Positions 10,202 to 20,800 of a stretch of DNA of 64,000 nt are shown one piece after another. Each line of letters opens with the position of its first letter. Positions within the stretch are counted from its first letter, which is position 1. The position numbers and the translations under genes are program-made. The notes beneath the pieces were generated by a model. The model saw only the letters and a list, made by a program, of their open reading frames with translations, had not been told where the DNA came from and did not search any database. The stretch lies in IMG/VR virus record IMGVR_UViG_3300042507_004106; one strand, given 5' to 3'. This stretch comes from a virus (Duplodnaviria; Caudoviricetes).

Positions 10202-10633
10202 TTACTCTTTATTATTTAGAAAACCTTGTTTGAGTAGTTTTGAAAGTTCTGATGTAGATCCAACAAATACCGCATTGTTTGTAACGTTATTGGTTGTTTT
10301 AACTACATCTTCTTCAACATCTTTAAGTTTCTTTTGAAGATCAATTAGTTTATCTGTAACATCTCCAACAGATTTAATTAACTGACCTGCAACTTCATAT
10401 GCTCTTGGACTCCCTCCCTCTCCAGCAAGTTCCATTATTCCATTAATCGCCTCTTGACCCTTCTCAATCAATGAATACAAATTTGCACGAGTGTATTCAT
10501 AGTCTTTTTTTATGTCGTCAGACTTTAATGGTGCAATATTTAATTGCTCTTTTACTTCGTCTACTTCGACTATTTTACTCTCGATGTTGAGAGCATCGTC
10601 CAATCCCTCATAATTATTCTTCATAATTCTCAA
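10202..10633 (-). CDS. gp16: terminase small subunit
   Basis: DYEYTRANLYSLIEKGQEAI, SPRAYEV, VFVGSTSEL; position between gp15 and gp17. Confidence 0.92.
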   Translation of the reverse strand: MRIMKNNYEGLDDALNIESKIVEVDEVKEQLNIAPLKSDDIKKDYEYTRANLYSLIEKGQEAINGIMELAGEGGSPRAYEVAGQLIKSVGDVTDKLIDLQKKLKDVEEDVVKTTNNVTNNAVFVGSTSELSKLLKQGFLNNKE

Positions 10634-11427
10634 ATATCAGTTTGTTGTGTTGGACTAAATGTTTTTGAGTCCGAAAAATCTAACCATTCCTCATCAAATC
10701 CAAAATTATCACCAGGTTCTGCATCGTAAGGATCTGGTTGAACAGTGTATCTAACTTCTCTCTTAGCAGTTTGTCTATTCGCATCGGTATACATATCAAC
10801 CTGAACCTTACGAATAAGACCATCAGTGGTATCTGCAATAGGACCAAACAGATATGCTTTTACTGTAAAATTGAAAGTATAGATCAAAATTCTTCTTGTA
10901 GAAAAATCACCTTCATAATCATCGGTAAAAGATACATTATCTAAAACAACAGGAATATCCCTCTTTTCCCCAATTGAATCAACTAAATCTACAGTTAGAT
11001 TAAATGAAGGTTGGAAATAAGGCAAAATTTGCTCAACAACTTGTAGAGCATCATCTTGAAGTTTGGTCATTAGATTCAATTGGAATCCAATATTATATGG
11101 AACTGGAAGAAAAACCTTCTTAAGATTTGACCCATCACATGCTCTAAATGTTTGTGTTACATTTGCTTTTCGAGTCGGATCATATTGAATGGAATTCATT
11201 TCAAATGCCAGTCTAGGCAAAGTCATGGCAATTGGTTTATTAAGTTCAGGTTGCTGCTCAATTCTTGCTAAGAATTTTTGAATGGGTCCATATGCTAACG
11301 GAACCTTCATCTCACTAATACTATCTCCAGAAGAATCTTTATGTCGTATATAAATTTCATTAAATAATGTGCCAAAGGCAATTACTGTTCTTCTTATTAT
11401 TTCATGATAATAATAGTTTCCTAACAT
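10630..11427 (-). CDS. gp15: tail sheath stabiliser / tail terminator
   Basis: YYYHEIIRRTVIAFGTLFN, VPLAYGPIQKFLARI, TLPRLAFEM. Confidence 0.95.
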   Translation of the reverse strand: MLGNYYYHEIIRRTVIAFGTLFNEIYIRHKDSSGDSISEMKVPLAYGPIQKFLARIEQQPELNKPIAMTLPRLAFEMNSIQYDPTRKANVTQTFRACDGSNLKKVFLPVPYNIGFQLNLMTKLQDDALQVVEQILPYFQPSFNLTVDLVDSIGEKRDIPVVLDNVSFTDDYEGDFSTRRILIYTFNFTVKAYLFGPIADTTDGLIRKVQVDMYTDANRQTAKREVRYTVQPDPYDAEPGDNFGFDEEWLDFSDSKTFSPTQQTDI

Positions 11428-12818
11428 TAGAAGGTCCCAAATGGATTAGATTCTGTGAAATCGATGATGCCGTCCGCAGCATTTTCAATTTCTATATTTT
11501 CACTATATTTATCATATAGATCCCAATTATTATAAGATTGTACCGAATATATTGCACTAGATGCTGCTCCAACAACAAGTTCTCCAGGATAGAATCCTTT
11601 AGTTGTGACGTTATCTACAAAAGAAACCTTAAGAATCTTAGTATCACTATCCCAATATTTAACACGAGCTCTTGTTCCAGAACTCGATCCAAATACTTCC
11701 TCATTAAACAGATAAGTTCCAATTCCAGATAAAACTGGTGGTGGAGCAATGATAACTGTTGGGGCAACAGTATATCCAGAACCAGGATTTACAATCCTAA
11801 TAGAACTAATTGATTGTCCAGCACCAACTATTGCGATAGCAGATGCTGTCTGTCCAGAACCAACAGATCCAACAATGCTCACTATTGGTGAATTTACATA
11901 TCCAATACCATTGTTTGTAACATCAAATTTCACAATTCCACTTCTAATAGTTTCAATAGAACAAGTGGCTAATGCATCAGATCCACCTCCTCCAACTATA
12001 GAAATTATTGGCGCAACTGTATATCCTGCACCAGCATTTGTAAGTTGAATAGACTGAATTGAATAAACTCCAGCTCTAGAGGTTGTAATTGCTACAGCAG
12101 ATGCATTTATGCCACCTATTGGTGCGGATGAAATTGCTACAGTTGGAGTAGTTGTATAATCATATCCATCATTGTTTAAAAATATTTGACGTATATATCC
12201 AGTACCAATTGTCGATGTAGCTTCTGCTGTAGATCCTAAACCAATTAATTGTAATGTGCTGATATATCCCTGATCTTCTATTTGCGTATCAATTTCATCA
12301 ATACTTGTATCAATGACCTCATCTTCATATTCAAATAGTTCACATCTCAATTCATAGACATATAACTTACCTAGTTGATAAAAATTGACTTCATGCTCTA
12401 CAAATTTTACTTCAAAAAGTCTTTGTCCCAATGGAAAATAAACCAAATCTCCTTCCCTTGGTCTTGAAGCAAGAACAATTTCATCATCATTTAAACCATC
12501 TAAAAATGGAGATATAAAGTCTTCAAAACGTTCTTTTGAAATAATCAGACTTAATTCATCCTTTAAACTAACACCAAATTTAGTTAATAAGTCTCCCTGA
12601 CCAGTATATCCATCATAGTTATTAATATATGCTTCAATTGCGAAATTATCATCAAATCTTGATGATTGGATTTCTTTTAAGATAGTTTGTTTCCTTACAA
12701 ATTTTCTGGGTATATAAGTCACCTCTATACCATAAATTCTCAACTGCTCGTTAATTAATTCTTGAACGAGTCTCTGTTCATTTTGTGATCCCTGTAAGAA
12801 AAATGGATTAAGAGTCAT
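11427..12818 (-). CDS. gp14: neck protein with inserted Gly-rich domains
   Basis: EQRLVQELINEQLRIYGIEVTYIPR, PREGDLVYFPL, FYQLGK.YVYELRCELFEY. Confidence 0.94.
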   Translation of the reverse strand: MTLNPFFLQGSQNEQRLVQELINEQLRIYGIEVTYIPRKFVRKQTILKEIQSSRFDDNFAIEAYINNYDGYTGQGDLLTKFGVSLKDELSLIISKERFEDFISPFLDGLNDDEIVLASRPREGDLVYFPLGQRLFEVKFVEHEVNFYQLGKLYVYELRCELFEYEDEVIDTSIDEIDTQIEDQGYISTLQLIGLGSTAEATSTIGTGYIRQIFLNNDGYDYTTTPTVAISSAPIGGINASAVAITTSRAGVYSIQSIQLTNAGAGYTVAPIISIVGGGGSDALATCSIETIRSGIVKFDVTNNGIGYVNSPIVSIVGSVGSGQTASAIAIVGAGQSISSIRIVNPGSGYTVAPTVIIAPPPVLSGIGTYLFNEEVFGSSSGTRARVKYWDSDTKILKVSFVDNVTTKGFYPGELVVGAASSAIYSVQSYNNWDLYDKYSENIEIENAADGIIDFTESNPFGTF

Positions 12819-13660
12819 TATCCAATAAAGTCGTAAGGTGGAAGTTCATAATCCATAGACATTCTCTGTCTAATACTTTCTATTTCTTTCTCAGCATCGT
12901 CATATATTTCTCTACCATTTAGTTCAATTCCTCCAGGAAGCTTAACTCCTCTGAATTTAATTAAATTTTGTCCCCATTGTCTTTTCATTAATGCAGTTAA
13001 ATAACGCTTCAAGAAACTATCGTTATAAACTCTAGTAAAATCATTTGGGTCTAAAATTCTATAGCAATCAATTACAATAAATGTATCTTTTGCCTTTGAA
13101 TCCCAATCTATATCCAAATATAATCTATCTTGCCTTTTATTAAATCTAATTTGTTTGTCAGTAGAAAGGAGGAAGTCAATATCTTCAAGGTAAGTTTTTA
13201 CCATTGCATATTGTAAAAGTTCAACGGAATTAAAATAATATAAATCATTTAGGAATAATTGATATTTAATGCTCCACATACCAGCGGAGATTGAACTAGT
13301 ATCAAATTTAAAGATTTTTTCTATACCTATAACACTATCAGGAACCTGAATGAAGTTAGAATTCTCATAAAAATTAAAAGTTGTTGAACCTATACCAGAT
13401 ATATTTCCAGTTGTTGTAGTTGTTACAATTCCAACTCCATTTGTACCTTTTGCTTTTCCTCTATCAATATCTTCTTGAGTGATTTTGTATTTCAAATACA
13501 TTCTTTCCACACCATCAAAGTGTCTTTCCTGGAAATATTGTAAAGCATCATCAACTAAGTCATCAATTTGTTCATCCGCCAAATTAATTTCTAGTACTGG
13601 AGCACCTAACTGTCTTAAGCAATAATCAATAAGTTGTTGTCTACTTGCCGGTTTTGACAT
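12818..13660 (-). CDS. gp13: neck protein
   Basis: Likely start MSKPASRQQLIDYCLRQLGAPVLEINL (ATG 13660); KRQWGQNLIKF.GVKLPGGIELNG. Confidence 0.95.
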   Translation of the reverse strand: MSKPASRQQLIDYCLRQLGAPVLEINLADEQIDDLVDDALQYFQERHFDGVERMYLKYKITQEDIDRGKAKGTNGVGIVTTTTTGNISGIGSTTFNFYENSNFIQVPDSVIGIEKIFKFDTSSISAGMWSIKYQLFLNDLYYFNSVELLQYAMVKTYLEDIDFLLSTDKQIRFNKRQDRLYLDIDWDSKAKDTFIVIDCYRILDPNDFTRVYNDSFLKRYLTALMKRQWGQNLIKFRGVKLPGGIELNGREIYDDAEKEIESIRQRMSMDYELPPYDFIG

Positions 13661-13662
13661 TT

Positions 13663-14115
13663 TTAATAGGATCCTCCATCTATAACACTTGCCCAAGAGG
13701 GAATTCCTGAGCTATTGGTTGAAAGTATATAGTTTGTTTCCGATATTGCTGAAAAAGTTGATGCAGTAGAAACGAGTTGATCATTGGCATCAAAATAAGC
13801 GATTCCATATGGTTCGCCCGCTGGATAATAAAATGATTGTCCAACAGTAAGAATACCTGTTACATTGGCGTTTCTAGCAGTAAATTCATCAAATCTTAAA
13901 TCATCGCTGATATATAAATCGCCATCAATATATACATCATTTTTAAAGGTTGCAACTCCAACAAATGTCGATATCCCACTCACATTTAATTGAGTGACGG
14001 ATGCTATACCACCAATAACATTAAATGATGTTGCAGATGAATCTGACGATCCTCCAAGACTCGAAACTACTTTAATTGTATTTTGTTGTCCAACTCTAAC
14101 TTTGATATCGGACAT
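13663..14115 (-). CDS. hypothetical virion-associated protein
   Basis: 150-aa ORF coupled to its neighbours, with fibre-like repeats (SVTQLNVSGISTFVG). Confidence 0.65.
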   Translation of the reverse strand: MSDIKVRVGQQNTIKVVSSLGGSSDSSATSFNVIGGIASVTQLNVSGISTFVGVATFKNDVYIDGDLYISDDLRFDEFTARNANVTGILTVGQSFYYPAGEPYGIAYFDANDQLVSTASTFSAISETNYILSTNSSGIPSWASVIDGGSY

Positions 14116-14456
14116 TATCGAGTAACTCCTTCTCTTACAAGAACCATTCCTTCAATTACTCTTGTTTTTACCCCAGATTTGGTAATCACAACATCATAAA
14201 CGTATCTTCCAGGTTTTAAACTTTCAGTTTGGCTGGAAGTTAGAGAAATGGTTATTTTACCCAAAGATGCTGGAGAAGAAATTAATGTTGTAAAAGTAGT
14301 TGCCGTCGAACTTCCAGCATATTTTCTCATTTGAGCAGAAACTGTATAGTCAGATAAATCAAGAGAGGAGTTTGAATCACTTTCTTCCAAATCGAATGTT
14401 TGATTAAAGTCTGCTCCAGAGTTAACTACAATATTACTGACATATACTGCCGCCAT
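14115..14456 (-). CDS. hypothetical beta-sandwich protein (BppU-N-like)
   Basis: 113 aa; GADFNQTF..DLSDYTVSAQMRK..GKITISLT..LKPGRYVYDVVI. Confidence 0.65.
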   Translation of the reverse strand: MAAVYVSNIVVNSGADFNQTFDLEESDSNSSLDLSDYTVSAQMRKYAGSSTATTFTTLISSPASLGKITISLTSSQTESLKPGRYVYDVVITKSGVKTRVIEGMVLVREGVTR

Positions 14457-14479
14457 TTATCTTTTTAAGCTCTACTTTT

Positions 14480-14487
14480 TATTTATA
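14480..14487 (-). promoter_or_regulatory. T4-type late promoter TATAAATA
   Basis: Plus strand TATTTATA about 24 nt upstream of the 14456 start. Confidence 0.75.
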
Positions 14488-14659
14488 TCTCGATAGAACC
14501 TATAGATTTAATAACCTCTTGTTGCTTTAAGTATAGTTTGCAATACATCTTTGAAAACTTTTTCAATTCTTCATGACTAAGTTCATCAATCATTCTTGAA
14601 TACTTTTCAAATTCAAACATTTTATCTATACATTCAAGTTCAATATCATTTAGATCCAT
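14483..14659 (-). CDS. nblA: NblA-like phycobilisome degradation adaptor (candidate)
   Basis: 58 aa; FEFEKYSRMIDELSHEELKKF...QQEVIKSI aligns by eye with cyanobacterial NblA (F(D/E)LQKY..QV..(I/M)SRE(D/Q)L....HEN..K). Confidence 0.6.
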   Translation of the reverse strand: MDLNDIELECIDKMFEFEKYSRMIDELSHEELKKFSKMYCKLYLKQQEVIKSIGSIEI

Positions 14660-14849
14660 TAATAATCTCCTTAAGTAATGATTTAATCTCATCAATATCT
14701 TTTTTCATTTGATCAAGCTCTCTTTTCTGAGAATCTCTATTGTTTAAACTATTTACGTACTGGGTGTATGAATAATTATCACAATTAATTATAGCACCCG
14801 AGATCTCATCGCGGTATAAGTTCGGGTGCCCTTTTACTGGTATCATCAT
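14646..14849 (-). CDS. small conserved hypothetical protein with coiled-coil C-terminus
   Basis: 67 aa; VKGHPNLYRD..SGAIIN, then a heptad-like tail. Confidence 0.7.
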   Translation of the reverse strand: MMIPVKGHPNLYRDEISGAIINCDNYSYTQYVNSLNNRDSQKRELDQMKKDIDEIKSLLKEIINGSK

Positions 14850-17800
14850 CTAATTGCAATACTCCTTAAATCTTTGAATCTTGGTGCATACGCTTGATTA
14901 GTTCCAGACATTACAATCTTAATTGTATATCCAGTGAACTCCCCAAGATTGTTAGCAGTAAAATCATATTCTAGGAACTGATTTTCCAAACTTGATGGTA
15001 CAAATGTATCTGGTAATCCGCTGTTATTTGCGGGATTAATTACATCTGGATATCCATCTTGGTTAGCATCAATAGTTAGATTATTATATCCAGGGAACAA
15101 TTCAAATGATTGTTCAACTTCACTAGAATCTGGTCTAATCAAACTGTATAGGACTCTAAAGTCCGCTGATGCGTGTCTGTATGCACCTATAATTACTTTC
15201 AGTGATGTTGCTGGTTGAGATAGTCTTACTGTATTTGAAACGTATACAGCAGCATGTGGATCGTCTAAGAAAGAGTTAACTCTATTATCCACAATGTAAT
15301 TAGAGACTGGACTATTCAATCTGCTGCTAAGAAGTTGTGCAAAACAATTCTTCCAGAAGATCATTGGTGAAAGATTATTATCAGATGTTGATAGATTTAT
15401 CTTCGCAGTAAATGATTTGTTTCTCAGTAATCCACCAAGATAAGTCTGCTCATTAACATTTGAGCAAATAATTCTTGTAGAAGAAAGTTTGTTTTCAACT
15501 CCAATTTCAACATCTTCGTATCCTTGATCTTGGAATGAAATTTCAGAACCATCCACACTTGTTCCACTTACAGATCTAATTTGTGCCGAAACTTCAGTTG
15601 ACGCTCCAGGAACCAATGTTGCTATTACGGGAATGATATTATCATATTGAATATTCTCTGTTGCCTGTACTAAACTTCCACCGCCAGAGTATTCTGCACT
15701 AAATGATAGTTGTGGTGTAGAATCTAAACTTGCGTCAGAACTTCTGTCAGTTACATTTGAATCAAAGTTTGATCTATCAAATTCAATGTAGTAACTATCA
15801 ATATCATTACCAACGTCACTGATATCATGAGTTTTATTAATTCTCCTCAGAGAAACTCCACTTACTTCATACTTGTAAACTGTAGAACCTGATGGATGAT
15901 CCAGGATCAGAGTGGAATCAACTCCTCTTGTGATAGTTAAGAGCTGTCCTACACCAATACTTTCATATCTTATGATTTCATTTTCAATCTTAATATAACC
16001 TGGATTGGTAGCACTAACTATTACTCCCTCAAATGTTGTGAAGTTTGATGTTGAAGCAACACTAACAGAAGTTCCAGTTGATTCAAGTGTTGCCGACAAT
16101 GTTGTTGGGGCAACGTCTGATTCTACATTATAAAGTGTTAGTTTATTGTTAGCTGCGTACATTCCATGATCAAAATGGTTTACTTTCATAAAGTTACCAT
16201 TATAAATTCCACCTACAGCAGTTGAAGATAAAATAGAAGTTCCTGCAGCAGATATTGCTGTATTGGAGTTATCATAATAGACCAATGTGGAAACACCGAC
16301 AGTTGTGAATGATTGACCTTGGACGTTGGAAATGTATAAAGTATCTAAACCAGTAATTCCAGTAATTGTTATTCTTGCATTATTTCCAGATGCTGGCGAA
16401 ACATCAGATGTTGTAATTCCAACAACATCACCAACTGAATACCCATTACCACGAGCAGTAGTAGGAGTTACTGCAGTAATAACTCCGTTTGTTGCAGTTA
16501 TGTTTAGTCTTAAACCAGACCCACTACCTGAGATAGCATAGGTTCCAACATTTGATGTTGTAGTGTAGTTTGATCCTCCAGTTGTAATACCAACAGTAGC
16601 TACTGAACTTCCGGTTCCAACAATATAACCATAATTGTATGGTTTAACAACTTCACCAATCTTTCTTCCAGTTGTAAGAATTCCAATCATATTACTATCG
16701 GTTGTGGTTGTTATGCCGATAGCAAATCTCTTAGGTAGAGTTGTGATTGGATTATTTTGAAGAGTAGGAACATATCCATTACTCTCATTAAGAGTTGGGT
16801 TGTGGAACAGCACACTTCCAGATGTTGCTACGAAGTCAGCTTTATAAAGTTTGAACTTAAGATCCTGATATTGATTTGCTGTCCAAATGGATCCGTTTTG
16901 TGACTTGAACAGACTTCCGATAGCGAACTGTCTGGTATAACGTACACTTTCTGCATCTGGTAATGTCGCAGTATTTACTGTTCTTTCACCCATTTCAGCA
17001 ATCCAAACTTCGTATTGATCGGATTGTGGTGCTAGAAGAACAATTGCATATTCTAAACCAGGGGACAGGTAGATTGGATAATCAAATGTAACTTTTGTTG
17101 CTACAGTCGCATCGCTAGAAGTTTCAATTTGCTCTGGCTTAAGGGTAACGGGATTTCCAATAACCGTTCTAGTTGGAGTGCCCAATTCAACTGTCCTAAC
17201 CTCAACAGTTAGTGGGGAATTATTTTGGTCCTTATTAGCAAAATAGATATCTACAGCAGTCAAGTATGCACCATTTGAATCATCATTTGGAGAATTTCCA
17301 TTTGTATCTTCTATGCTACCACCCACTGAGAATGATTGTGCTAGAGGATCAATAAAAGTTCTAGTAGTTATTAGCTGTCTAGTAATATTTGTTATTGTAT
17401 CAGTTGTTGTAATTATTCTTTGTCTACTTTCCCAGATTCCCTCTGCTCTATAAACTGTTTCTGCGGACGAAATTAAGTTACTACCAGGTAGGGGAATTTG
17501 GTTAGTTGAACTTGATGTTAACTTATAAACCTTTGATCCAGTTGCAATTCTTACTGGTGGTGTTGGATTTGTATTGGGATCTCTTAAGAAAAATGCCCCC
17601 TGAAGATCGCCATAATTATCAGAAATTAATCTGATATCCTTTACATATGCAACTGCGCCACTTGTCTGACCAACTAGTTTCATACCTGTGGTGATATATC
17701 CAGAGTATAGCCCTTGTGCTTCTTGGCACAGAGAATCAATATCAACATTCAAAATTTTCGATGTTGCACTATACGTCGATGGGATATTTTCACTCTTAAC

Positions 17801-20800
17801 ATATGGGTTGATATTATATGTGGTTGATGGGGAGCTAAATGGACCTTGCTTGTGATTAGGTGCAGCAACTCTAAACTGGATAAGAGGACTATATAAACCT
17901 GATGCAGATGAAATCCAACCAGTAACTGTTTCACCTACAGAGAATGCTTTTGAAGCACCATAGTTCTGTAAAGATGAATTAGTAGCAATTTCGATTAATT
18001 TTGGAACAAAATCAACTTGACTATTTCCATCTAAGAATTGATATACTCTTGTAAGTGGTTTCAGATTAACCGCATCAAATGCGGTATTACGAGATCTCAT
18101 AAAGAGTTCTGTGCCACTAGATACAAGTATATCTTCAATATTGGTACTAGATTCTATATTAGTAGTAGTTTCAGTATCAATAGTAGTTCCAGCTCTGCCT
18201 CTGCGAGGACCCCTAACTCTTCTTCTTCGACGTTCAACAGAACTTAACCACAGCAAATTAGTTTGGTTAATAGTTACATCACCAAGTCTAATTGTTCTTA
18301 CCCAACTATCACTTGATGGATTGAGTTTAACTGTTCCACTATAAGAAACGACATGGAATGGGTTTACATTCTCCACCCTTGTTGCTAATGGTTGCTCAAT
18401 CCAACCAATAGAATTATACTTTAACGTAATCACATCGTTTGTTTTTTGAACATTAGGATCGTAAAGTGTAAAGTTAGTACTTAAGTCCAATGTTTCATTA
18501 GTAAATGCTTCTGCAGATACTGGAAGAAGATTGATACTATTTCTACTAATTTGAGGTATTAGTTCCGAATTAACACTATCAACCTCTATAGAAGACGCTG
18601 CAACATTTATCAGGTCACTATTCTTAAAGTCATCGACAAAAAATCCCGTTTTGAATCTATTAAATCCTTGAGCATCTTGAATTTGTAGAGTTTGAGTGTT
18701 TAATTCAAGAAGAGACAATGAAGTAACTCTTTCAAGATTTTCTACCCTATTCTCAATTAACCCAATATCTCGCATTGTGTATCTTCTATTATCCACAAGA
18801 GAAACAGAAGCATCCTTTGGATTGTATAGGTATGGTGGAAGAGCAATAGTGGCAATTTCCATCACATCATCCGATTTTGATGGTGCTTTTGGATCTATAG
18901 ATGGAGTTCCCTGAAGAACTATAAAATTGCCCAGTTTATCCAGATACAATTTATCAATTCTTCCTAAGTAGAAACTATAACCAACTAGAGCACCTTCATT
19001 TGGTGAAAGAATTAATTTTGGATCTGTTCCAAAAGATCTTGATGCAAAATCAAATGGGGAGGAAGTTGCTGAAGTGAAAGGAGATACTCTTGGTCTGAAA
19101 TCTAAAGTATCAGAAGCTCTTAGGTTATTTGCCCCAATAGTTGGAATATCAGATCCATATCTTGCGGCATCATAACTATTAACTGTAAATACATCCCCTG
19201 TATCTCCAGTTGGTACTTCATAATAATCAAAAACTACCAACATTTTCTTTGTTGGGGCAGACTCTCCTGCGTTTCTTATAAGTTTCGAATAGTCGTAATA
19301 TTGTTCTTTTTGACCCTTATCCAGGGTAAATTTACTGGTAATATTTTTATAACTACCTGCAGTTATTGATTGTAACTGAGTATTGATATTAGACTCTTCA
19401 AATTTAATATTTTCTCCTTCAACAAATCTATTAGTATTCAGATATACGATACCCAAAGTATTTGCTGAAGGCTTAGATACAATTCTAGCAATTGCCTTAC
19501 TAGATTCTCCCGTTATATTTTCACCAATAATTGCATTTGTATCAACATTAGAAATAGAACTAAACGTAACAGTATCTAAAGTTGGGGTAGATGTGTTTAA
19601 TGACTCATAAACTGCTATGACTTTAACAACGTCTGGATAATTTAAAGAGATCTCCTCATCCTGAACTCGCAATCCATAGAATTGATTATAATCCAATCCA
19701 TCATTAATCGATGTGCTGATTCCAGTTCCGGATTCTGGATACTTAGAATACACTACATTGATAGTTTTACTTCTAGTGAATTGCTTTAACTTACTTTGAA
19801 CGCCGTTTTTAATAAATGTTGCATTAATAGCAGCAATATCTTTATTTTCAATATTTGAAAATGTTACCTGATTATTTGATAGAGTTACTTTATCTGGGGT
19901 TAAGCTTTCGGTAGTTCCATCAGAGTAGTGAATGGAATATCTTTCCTCATCAAATGGTTGGAATCTAGCAATCGATGAAGTTATTCCCAAATCAAAGTTA
20001 CCTGTATCAACAGTAAGAGTATTCGATGAAGGAGTCAATACAGAATTAGATTGTGCAGTAAATGTTAATAATGAATCACTTAAATTTGTAGAAGAAATAT
20101 TCGAGTTTGGTAATTGGGCATAGAGATATCCTTTATCTTCATTTCTAATCTTTGGTGCACCAATTGAAAAAGTAGTGGTTGTTTGTGAAATTGGAAGCCC
20201 ACCATCACATATTCCAGATACCGAACTTATACCAACAAGAGTCATTCTTGTTCCATCGGCAGATACTGACTGAACTCTGTTATAAGTTTCAGTATTAAAT
20301 CCTACTCTTTGATACCTGATAATTGCATCTGAAGAAATTCCAGAGAAAATCTTACCTGCTGCAGAAACAGAACCATTGGACTCAATAGTAATTGTATCTG
20401 TCGGAGAAAATCCAAAAGCTGGTGCTTTATCAAGTTGAGTATCTGCTACGAATGCAGTTGAGAAACCAGAAACAGAAGTTGACTGGAAAACCGATTTAAT
20501 ATCGCTTGATGAATATGTTTTTATTGATTTGATAGATCTTGGATATAGTTCTAACCCATTGATTAAAATTTGCTCGCCAACAATAAAACTACCAGAAGTT
20601 TGTCTAATAGAAATGGTATCTGATCCAGACCCAGCAGCAGTTGCATATCCACTAGCACCGCTACTCTTACCTTTAATAATAGAAGTTGCTGGAAGTTGTA
20701 CTGCAGAAACACCTTGATTTAATACTAACTGTGTATACGTCTGAATATCATACAGATACAAATCCCAATTTGTAGAACTTCCGCTATATGCAGCATCAGT

